Assembly: GCA_902766775.1 (NCBI GenBank)
Contig: CACXEX010000123.1
Span: 1 to 40,550 of the forward strand
Length of the DNA stretch: 40,550 nucleotides
Source: an uncultured Ruminococcus sp.
Lineage (GTDB): Bacteria > Bacillota > Clostridia > Oscillospirales > Acutalibacteraceae
Reading direction: 5' to 3'
The position numbers and the translations under genes are program-made. Below, piece after piece: positions 30,579 through 37,701 of the stretch; position 1 is the first letter of the stretch; each line of letters starts with the position of its first letter. The notes under the pieces are model-generated. The model was not told the origin of the DNA. It ran no database searches and was given only the letters and a program-made list of their open reading frames with translations.

Positions 30579-31502
30579 ATGAATTGTGAGGTGTTAAAAA
30601 TTAAAATAAATTCTAAATTAGCAGCAAAACTTGCAGCAATGTTTATTGTAATTTCCCTGGTGCTTTGCTCTTGTTCTCTGAGCATCAACACGGATTCAGA
30701 CACAGAGAGCAAAACAACGCCCACAAGCGGAACGCTCTCTGTTCATTACCTTGATGTTGGACAAGGCGACAGCATATTTATTGAATTGCCGAATCAGAAG
30801 TGTATGCTGATTGACGCAGGTGAGAATATGTATGGCAAAAGCATTACCGAATATATCAATAATCTCGGCTACCAAAAGATTGACTATCTTGTTGCAACTC
30901 ATCCGCACGCCGATCATATCGGTTCAATGGCATATGTTGTAAAGCATAATGATATCGGTGAAATCTATATGCCAAAGGTAGCAACCACGACCAAGACCTA
31001 TGAAAATTTGCTCAATGCAATTTCCGACAAAGGTCTTAAAGTTAAATCGGCAAAAGCGGGAATGAACATTGTTGATGACAATGATTTCAGCATAAACATT
31101 CTTGCTCCCGTTACAATTGAAGAAGACGATTTGAATAACTGTTCGATAATTCTTAAAATGAATTATAAAAGCGACAGCTTTCTATTCCTTGGGGATGCTG
31201 AAAAGAAAGAACTTGAAACCGTTACAGCAGATATGAGTGCCGAAGTTCTGAAAGTCGGTCATCACGGTAGCAGAACTTCAACGACAAAGGCATTGCTTGA
31301 AGAGGTCAATCCAAAATATGCCGTAATATCTCTCGGAAAAAACAACAGCTACGGACATCCGCACAAGAGCACATTAAAGTTGCTTGATGAATTCGGCGTT
31401 GAAACATACAGAACGGATGAGGACGGAACAATTGTGATTTCAACCGAGGGTTCGGGTGTGACAATCAAAACGGGACAAACTTCAATGAAAAGGGATGAAT
31501 AA
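30579..31502 (+). CDS. Metallo-beta-lactamase-fold hydrolase lipoprotein (ComEC/Rec2 C-terminal-like)
   Basis: Lipobox LCSC; LDVGQGD, LIDAG, THPHADHIG, NNCS, GDAE, LKVGHHGS, NSYGHP and RTDEDG. Start uncertain (30579 ATG or 30600 ATT). Confidence 0.88.
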   Translation: MNCEVLKIKINSKLAAKLAAMFIVISLVLCSCSLSINTDSDTESKTTPTSGTLSVHYLDVGQGDSIFIELPNQKCMLIDAGENMYGKSITEYINNLGYQKIDYLVATHPHADHIGSMAYVVKHNDIGEIYMPKVATTTKTYENLLNAISDKGLKVKSAKAGMNIVDDNDFSINILAPVTIEEDDLNNCSIILKMNYKSDSFLFLGDAEKKELETVTADMSAEVLKVGHHGSRTSTTKALLEEVNPKYAVISLGKNNSYGHPHKSTLKLLDEFGVETYRTDEDGTIVISTEGSGVTIKTGQTSMKRDE

Positions 31503-31504
31503 AC

Positions 31505-31723
31505 TTGAAAAAATTTATTGTTGACAGAATAGAAGGGGACAAGGCTGTTCTCGAGTGTGAAAACGGCGATATGGTAAACCTTGAACTCAAAGCATTGCCG
31601 AAAAATATAAAAGAGGGCGATGTAATCAATTTTCAGGAAAACAGCTATTTTCTGAACAGTGACGAAACAAAAGCCAGAAAAGAAAAAATTAAAAATCTGA
31701 TGAATTCACTTTTTGAAGATTAA
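31505..31723 (+). CDS. DUF3006-family small protein
   Basis: IVDRIEGDKAVLE...LP..IKEGDVI...I..LMNSLF. TTG start 2 nt after the MBL gene. Confidence 0.8.
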   Translation: MKKFIVDRIEGDKAVLECENGDMVNLELKALPKNIKEGDVINFQENSYFLNSDETKARKEKIKNLMNSLFED

Positions 31724-31732
31724 CGAAAAATA

Positions 31733-31773
31733 AAAAATGCTCTGTACCAAATTAAACGGTACAGAGCATTTTT
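31733..31773. terminator. Bidirectional intrinsic terminator
   Basis: AAAAATGCTCTGTACC / GGTACAGAGCATTTTT between convergent genes. Confidence 0.88.
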
Positions 31774-31789
31774 ATTTGTGATTATGTAA

Positions 31790-32272
31790 TCAGTGTGCAT
31801 TATCTTCTGCAAGCGACTTTCTGAAAATCTGTTTGAAAATAAATCTGACAATCGGACCTGCAAAAAATAGCTGCCAACAAAGAGCCATAGGAAAGTTGAG
31901 TGCGGTAGTTTCAAGCCATACCGGAATAACCTCAACACCTGCATTTTTGAAAATGAGAGTAGCCGCAAGGCTCATCAGCGGACACATAAAGATAACTGAA
32001 ATTGCAGAAATTGCAAGTACAAGGAAGAATGGATTGTCATTTGCAGGGTTCACAATCTTAAAAGCAAGTTTCTTTGCAATGTGACCAACAACAAAAAAGT
32101 CGATAATAAATGCAATCGGTCCCATAAACGCAAGTTCTTTAAATGAAGAAAGAAAAACTTCATTTTTCATACCGCCAATGTTAAGAGCTGTATTGTAGCA
32201 TATCATGGCATAAACCATAAAGAACACCATAATGATTGTGAAAATTACTTCCTGAAATTTAGTTTTTGGCAT
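31790..32272 (-). CDS. DUF2798-like small membrane protein (4 TM, internal duplication)
   Basis: ATG at 32272 with SD AAGGAG. MPKTKFQEVIFTIIMVFFMVYAMICYN...MCPLMSL...W....NFPMAL..QLFFAGPIVR. Confidence 0.72.
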   Translation of the reverse strand: MPKTKFQEVIFTIIMVFFMVYAMICYNTALNIGGMKNEVFLSSFKELAFMGPIAFIIDFFVVGHIAKKLAFKIVNPANDNPFFLVLAISAISVIFMCPLMSLAATLIFKNAGVEVIPVWLETTALNFPMALCWQLFFAGPIVRFIFKQIFRKSLAEDNAH

Positions 32273-32376
32273 AAAAAAATCTCCTTTGAAAAAATGATAA
32301 ATAAACATACATATAAGTGTTGTTCGTTATCATTTCCGTAAGGAGAAATGTGCGTTTCCAATTAAACCATTATATC
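32273..32376 (-). promoter_or_regulatory. Structured 5' leader with an SD-sequestering hairpin (candidate cis-regulatory RNA)
   Basis: UCUCCUU (32346-32340) is complementary to the SD region AAGGAGA (32286-32280). It encloses AAAUGAUAA (32335-32327) / UUAUCAUUU (32300-32292). Confidence 0.55.
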
Positions 32377-32382
32377 TGCATT

Positions 32383-32411
32383 ATTTTACTATAATTTTTT
32401 TGTTTTGTCAA
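32383..32411 (-). promoter_or_regulatory. SigA promoter of the DUF2798-like gene
   Basis: Minus strand TTGACA (32411-32406)-N17-TAAAAT (32388-32383). Confidence 0.72.
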
Positions 32412-32451
32412 CTTTATAAAATGATTTGTTTTAAAACTTTGATACATACAT

Positions 32452-32519
32452 TTTGTGACACTTTTATTACAATTCCGATTCATTTCTCGGTGGATTTTTA
32501 CATTGAATTTTGGTATAAT
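32452..32519 (+). promoter_or_regulatory. Two-component system promoter with upstream direct repeat
   Basis: TTTGTGACA-N2-TTTATTACA (32452-32471) and extended -10 TGgTATAAT (32511-32519). Confidence 0.5.
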
Positions 32520-32585
32520 GTGTATGATTATGATGAAAATTATGTTTAATGCTTGCAATTTTATTGCAGGAAGGGTACTTTTACT

Positions 32586-33293
32586 ATGGGTGCATCAATA
32601 TATATTGCGGATGACGAAAAGAATATACGAGATCTTATTACAAAATTTCTTGAGAGTGACGGTTACAATGTTACAGCCTTTGAAACAGGTGACGAGCTTA
32701 TGGCAAAATTTCTTGAAAAGCCGTGCGAGCTTGTCATTCTCGATATTATGATGCCCGGAACAGACGGCCTTACAATATGCCGTCAGCTCCGTATGATAAC
32801 CGATGTCCCTATAATTATGCTGACTGCAAAAGATTCGGAGTATGATTATGTGAGGGGAATAACCCTCGGAAGTGACGATTACCTGACAAAACCGTTTAGA
32901 CTTACAACCTTGCTTATGAGGGTAAAATCTCTGTTAAGACGAATGGATATGAACAGCAAAAAGGTTACGGGTCAGGAGCTTTCGGACATAACAATCGGTA
33001 ATTTAAAATTTTCGGCGCAGGAAAATTTGCTTTATTGCAAGGGTAAACCCGTTTCACTTAGCAAAACAGAACTTAAAATGCTTATATATATGTTAAAGGA
33101 TTCTCAAAAGGCTTTTTCAAGAGAAGAAATTCTTGAAGGTGTATGGGGATTCGATACCGAAGTTGAAACCCGTGTAACAGACGAAACTTTGCGAAGAATA
33201 CGCAGAAAATTAAGCCTTGCAGGTAGTAATGTCAGCATAGGTACAATATGGGGATTCGGTTACAGGATAAGCATTGCGGAGGATAAAAAGTGA
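32586..33293 (+). CDS. OmpR/PhoB-family response regulator
   Basis: IADDE, ILDIMMPGTDG (phospho-Asp), PIIMLTAK, DDYLTKPF, and winged helix RVTDETLRRIRRKL...TIWGFGY. ATG at 32586. Confidence 0.94.
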   Translation: MGASIYIADDEKNIRDLITKFLESDGYNVTAFETGDELMAKFLEKPCELVILDIMMPGTDGLTICRQLRMITDVPIIMLTAKDSEYDYVRGITLGSDDYLTKPFRLTTLLMRVKSLLRRMDMNSKKVTGQELSDITIGNLKFSAQENLLYCKGKPVSLSKTELKMLIYMLKDSQKAFSREEILEGVWGFDTEVETRVTDETLRRIRRKLSLAGSNVSIGTIWGFGYRISIAEDKK

Positions 33294-34603
33294 AACATAT
33301 AAAATTCCGTATTCTGATTATTGTATGGGTGTCGATGATTTTACTCTTTTTCGCATTTGCCTTGGTACTCAACATAGTTCTGCCGTCCCACTTTGTAAGC
33401 GAAGCTGAGGACGCTCTTCAATATGAGCTTGACTATCAGGATTACCTTTATGAGGTTGATAATGAATACGGCGAGGAATATTATACCTACGATGATGCCG
33501 ATGAAGATACCGAAAAATCAGACCTTGAAAAAGAATTTGAGGACGGTTATCAAGGTTCGTATTTTAGCTCGGATATTTACTATATTAATATAACAAATGT
33601 CGATAAAGAAAGCGGTACCGCCAAGAGCAATGATTTGGTTGGTTCTAATTCTACATCATCAAAAAGTACATATGAGTTGACCGAGTATGCAAAACACCAT
33701 GACTTAAATTCAGGAAGTATATATACTCTTCAGACTGAAAACGGTTATTATGTTTTTACCGTATATGAAGAAGAACAGGGTACCGATTATTGGAGTGACA
33801 GCAGCGAACCGTCACGAACTTTGATTTATATAAATATTGACCATATCGTAAAATACACCCGTTCACTCAACTGGCTTGTTTCCGCAATTTTTCTTTGTTC
33901 AATTGTTGTGATGAGTATAATCGGTTACAGGCTCGGCGTAAAAATTGAAGAATCGCAGAAAACTCAACGCAGGTTTTTCCAGAATTCTTCTCACGAGCTC
34001 AAAACTCCGCTTATGGCAATTCAGGGCTATGCTGAGGGAATAGAGATGGGCGTTGTTGATTCTCAGAACGCAGCGGGAATAATTATGCAGGAAACCGAGA
34101 GAATGACGGGGCTTGTTGAAGAAATCCTGTCAATTTCTAAAATTGATTCACGACATTTTAAGCTTGACCTTGTAAAGCTTGACATAAAAGAGGTTCTTTA
34201 CGATTGTTTCCGCTCGCTTGACGCTGTTCAGCAGATGAATGGAATAAGCATTGTGCCCGAATTCCCCGATGAAGAAATTTATGTAAAATGCGACGAAGAC
34301 CAAATGGCAAGGGCATTCCGTAACATTATGGTAAACGGTTTAAAATATTCAAAAAAGCAAATCAAGGTTACTTGTGAAACCAATCAGAAATATGTTTATA
34401 TCAGATTCAAAGATGACGGAAAAGGTATCAATCGTGACGATATTGAACATATTTTTGACAGATTCTACAAAGGCAGTGACGGCGGAACGGGTATAGGTCT
34501 TTCACTTGCAAGGGAGATCATACATTTACATAAAGGCACTGTAACGGCGTATAATTACCTTGACGGTGCTGTTTTTGAGGTAAAACTGCCAATTGCCAAG
34601 TGA
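33290..34603 (+). CDS. Sensor histidine kinase with two TM helices and an acidic extracellular domain
   Basis: GTG start overlapping the regulator stop. H-box SHELKTPL, N-box NIMVNGLKY, DDGKGI, IFDRFY and GTGIGLS. Confidence 0.93.
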   Translation: MKHIKFRILIIVWVSMILLFFAFALVLNIVLPSHFVSEAEDALQYELDYQDYLYEVDNEYGEEYYTYDDADEDTEKSDLEKEFEDGYQGSYFSSDIYYINITNVDKESGTAKSNDLVGSNSTSSKSTYELTEYAKHHDLNSGSIYTLQTENGYYVFTVYEEEQGTDYWSDSSEPSRTLIYINIDHIVKYTRSLNWLVSAIFLCSIVVMSIIGYRLGVKIEESQKTQRRFFQNSSHELKTPLMAIQGYAEGIEMGVVDSQNAAGIIMQETERMTGLVEEILSISKIDSRHFKLDLVKLDIKEVLYDCFRSLDAVQQMNGISIVPEFPDEEIYVKCDEDQMARAFRNIMVNGLKYSKKQIKVTCETNQKYVYIRFKDDGKGINRDDIEHIFDRFYKGSDGGTGIGLSLAREIIHLHKGTVTAYNYLDGAVFEVKLPIAK

Positions 34604-34643
34604 TTATTTGTTCAAATTGCCGAAAATATGGATATTTACTCGC

Positions 34644-34689
34644 TTTGTGACAAATTTGTGATACTTTTTGGCGGATTTTATGGTATTAT
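34644..34689 (+). promoter_or_regulatory. Promoter of the dlt-like operon with an OmpR-type direct repeat at the -35 position
   Basis: TTTGTGACA-N2-TTTGTGATA (34644-34663), then extended -10 TGgTATTAT (34681-34689). No consensus -35. Confidence 0.6.
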
Positions 34690-34772
34690 ATAAACGCGTT
34701 TGCAATATAAAACATAAGGCTATTGAATTTATAATTTGATAATTAATATAAGATATTTAATGAGGTGTAGCT

Positions 34773-36293
34773 ATGAACAGCAATGTGCTGGCTTATCTTG
34801 AAAACTCAGCCGAACGCTTTCCCGAAAAGTGTGCGGTAACTGACGAAAGGGTTTCATATACATATTCTGAGCTTATAAAACTCAGCTCATCTGTCGGAAC
34901 TGCCATTTCGGAACTTATCACATCGGGAAATGCGGTAGGTATATATATGGAAAAGTGTGCAGATGCGGTTGTGGCATTTTTTGCAACCGTATATGCAGGC
35001 GGATTTTATTCCGTTCTCAACACAGAACTTCCGCAGAACAGACTTCAGACAACAGTTTCCGTTCTCAATCCAAAGCTGATTGTAACTTCGGAAAGCTTGC
35101 TTGAAACAGCGAAAGAATATTTCCCTGAAAGAAAAATTGTAACATTTGAAAATCTGGCAAAAACAGAACCCGATTACAATAAACTTGACGAAATCCGCAG
35201 TCACAAAATTGATACAGATCCGCTCTATATCAACTTTACCTCGGGTTCAACAGGCACTCCAAAGGGAATTGTTGTGTGCCACAGAAGTGTAATCGACTTT
35301 ATAGATCATTTTACCGAGATATTCGGCATTGATAATAACGATGTAATAGCAAATCAAGCGCCGTTTGATTTCGATGTATCTGTAAAGGATATCTATTCGG
35401 CTGTGAAAACAGGTGCAACACTTGTTGTTGTGCCGAGAAGAATGTTCTCTGCACCTGCCGAACTTATTGACTTTATCTGCGACCGCAAGGTTACGACTAT
35501 GATATGGGCTGTTTCGGCGCTCTGCCTTATCAGCACATTCCACGCACTTGATTACAGAACTCCCGAAACCGTTAATAAGATTCTTTTCAGCGGTGAGGTT
35601 ATGCCTCTCAAGGCACTTAAAAACTTCCGTTCACATCTTCCGAATGCGAAGTATGTCAACCTTTACGGTCCCACAGAAATCACCTGCAACTGCACATATC
35701 ACATTCTCGACAACAATTGTGACTATGCAGACGGTATTCCAATAGGCAGACCGTTCCCGAATGAAGATGTTATTCTTCTTGATGAGAATAATAACAAAAT
35801 TACAGGGATTGGAAAAGTCGGAGAAATCTGCGTGAGAGGTACTGCTCTTGCACTCGGTTACTACTCAAATCCTGAACAGAATGCAAAGGCCTTTGTTAAA
35901 AATCCGCTCAATCCGTACTATCCCGAATTGATTTACAGAACAGGCGACCTTGCAAGATATAACGAAAACGGCGAACTTGTTTTTAGCGGAAGAAAAGATT
36001 TTCAGATTAAATATATGGGACACCGCATTGAGCTTGAAGAAATCGAGCGTGAAATGTCGGCTGTTGACGGTGTTGAGCAATGCTGCTGTATTTTTGACGA
36101 GAAAAAATCAAGGCTTAAAGGCTTTTATGTCGGATCAATTGAAAAGGACGAGCTTGCCACATCAATGTCAAAAGATTTGCCAGCATTTATGATTCCGAGT
36201 ATTATCCGCAAGGTTGATGAAATGCCGCTCACAAAGAACGGTAAAATTGACCGTAAAAAGCTTGCTGAAATTGCAGGAGGCAGAAGAAAATGA
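34773..36293 (+). CDS. Stand-alone amino-acid adenylation enzyme (DltA-like carrier-protein ligase with a non-alanine pocket)
   Basis: A1 YTYSEL, A3 YINFTSGSTGTPKG, A4 FDVS, A5 NLYGPTE, A6 GEICVRG..LALGY, A7 YRTGDL, A8 GRKDFQIKYMGHRIELEEIE and A10 PLTKNGKIDR. SD GAGGTG. Confidence 0.9.
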   Translation: MNSNVLAYLENSAERFPEKCAVTDERVSYTYSELIKLSSSVGTAISELITSGNAVGIYMEKCADAVVAFFATVYAGGFYSVLNTELPQNRLQTTVSVLNPKLIVTSESLLETAKEYFPERKIVTFENLAKTEPDYNKLDEIRSHKIDTDPLYINFTSGSTGTPKGIVVCHRSVIDFIDHFTEIFGIDNNDVIANQAPFDFDVSVKDIYSAVKTGATLVVVPRRMFSAPAELIDFICDRKVTTMIWAVSALCLISTFHALDYRTPETVNKILFSGEVMPLKALKNFRSHLPNAKYVNLYGPTEITCNCTYHILDNNCDYADGIPIGRPFPNEDVILLDENNNKITGIGKVGEICVRGTALALGYYSNPEQNAKAFVKNPLNPYYPELIYRTGDLARYNENGELVFSGRKDFQIKYMGHRIELEEIEREMSAVDGVEQCCCIFDEKKSRLKGFYVGSIEKDELATSMSKDLPAFMIPSIIRKVDEMPLTKNGKIDRKKLAEIAGGRRK

Positions 36294-37468
36294 ACGAAAT
36301 CTTAAAGCAGAACAAAACTGCGTTTTATGTCTTTGATGTAAAAACCCTTAAAGACAGGGTATCATATCTCAGAAAAATGCTTCCAAAAGATGTTGCAATC
36401 TGCTATGCAATCAAGGCAAACACATTCATTACGGCAGAACTTGAAAATGATGTTGACCGCTTTGAAATCTGCTCCCCCGGTGAGGCGGAAATCTGCGATT
36501 TACTTGACATTCCTGATAAAATGATGGTTATTTCGGGCGTGTACAAAACCCCCGAGGTTATGGAAAATATGGTCGCAAACGGAAAATGCGACAGAATATT
36601 CACCGTAGAGTCACTTACACAGTTTAAACTTTTCAGAGAATTGTCTGAAAAATATAAAAAGAAAATTTCTTTGCTTTTAAGACTCACAAACGGAAGTCAG
36701 TTCGGAATCAATTCCGATGAAATCGAAGAAATTATTTCTAAAAGAAACGAATTTGAATATCTTGATATACTCGGTATTCAGTTCTTTTCGGGGACACAGA
36801 AAACTTCTCTCAAAAAACTCAAGAGAGAACTTGACAAACTTGATAATCTTCTTATTCTTCTCAAAGAGAAATATGACTATACCGCAGAAGAACTTGAATA
36901 CGGCACAGGATTTCCTGCAACCTATTTCAAGGAAGATAATATAAATGAGGACGAGCTTATCGGCGGATTTGCACAGCTTTTGAATGAAATGACTTCAAAG
37001 CCGAAAATCACGCTTGAACTCGGACGAAGTATTGCCGCAACCTGCGGTAAATATTACACACATATCGTTGATAAAAAGTGCAATAAAGGGGAGAACTATC
37101 TCCTTGTTGACGGCGGAATGAACCATATTGTGTACTACGGTCAGCATATGGCTATGAAACAGCCGTATCTTTCGGTTTGCGGAAAGGAAACCGAGCCGTG
37201 TACAGACTCATGGAACATCTGCGGTTCGCTTTGTTCAATGAATGATATTATCGCAAAACAGATTTCTTTACCTGATATTGAAATCGGCGATGTAATCTGT
37301 TTTGAAAATACAGGCGCTTATTGTATGACAGAGGGAATTTCTTTGTTTTTAAGCCGTGACATTCCCTCGGTTTATATAAAGAAGGAGGACGGAACATATC
37401 TTTGTGTTCGTGATTCCTTTGAAACATTCAATTTAAACAAACCAAATTACAGAAAGGAAACGAATTAA
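36290..37468 (+). CDS. PLP-dependent decarboxylase, fold type III (diaminopimelate decarboxylase/BtrK-like)
   Basis: YAIKAN (Schiff-base Lys), ICSPGE, SQFG, GTGFP, ELGRS, DGGMNH, GSLCSMND and TGAY. ATGA overlap with the adenylation gene. Confidence 0.85.
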   Translation: MNEILKQNKTAFYVFDVKTLKDRVSYLRKMLPKDVAICYAIKANTFITAELENDVDRFEICSPGEAEICDLLDIPDKMMVISGVYKTPEVMENMVANGKCDRIFTVESLTQFKLFRELSEKYKKKISLLLRLTNGSQFGINSDEIEEIISKRNEFEYLDILGIQFFSGTQKTSLKKLKRELDKLDNLLILLKEKYDYTAEELEYGTGFPATYFKEDNINEDELIGGFAQLLNEMTSKPKITLELGRSIAATCGKYYTHIVDKKCNKGENYLLVDGGMNHIVYYGQHMAMKQPYLSVCGKETEPCTDSWNICGSLCSMNDIIAKQISLPDIEIGDVICFENTGAYCMTEGISLFLSRDIPSVYIKKEDGTYLCVRDSFETFNLNKPNYRKETN

Positions 37469-37469
37469 A

Positions 37470-37700
37470 ATGGGTGAACTTATTGAGATTTTAGAGGACA
37501 TTAAACCCGATGTAGATTACGAAGGTTGCGAAAACCTTATTGACGGTCACTATCTTGACTCTCTTTCAATTATCTCTCTTATTGCCGAGATTGAGGACGC
37601 TTTTGATGTAACAGTTCCTGCTGTTGAAGTTGTTCCTGCAAACTTTAATTCTGTAAAGGCAATGTGGAGTATGATCGAAAGACTCCAAGAGGAGGAGTAA
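37470..37700 (+). CDS. Acyl/aminoacyl carrier protein (DltC-like)
   Basis: 76 aa and acidic, with the LDSL phosphopantetheine site, EIEDAFDVTV and NFNSV. SD AAGGA. Confidence 0.9.
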   Translation: MGELIEILEDIKPDVDYEGCENLIDGHYLDSLSIISLIAEIEDAFDVTVPAVEVVPANFNSVKAMWSMIERLQEEE

Positions 37701-37701
37701 G

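Noticed and set aside
30579-31502. ComEC DNA uptake channel
   Set aside because: Only the MBL domain with a lipoprotein signal is present; the multi-TM competence domain is missing.
32292-32335. Fur box from the AATGATAA / TTATCATT half-sites
   Set aside because: The half-sites are 26 nt apart rather than overlapping, and are better explained as an RNA stem.
36290-37468. lysA (lysine biosynthesis)
   Set aside because: Several LysA motifs are altered, and the gene is translationally coupled between an adenylation enzyme and a carrier protein.
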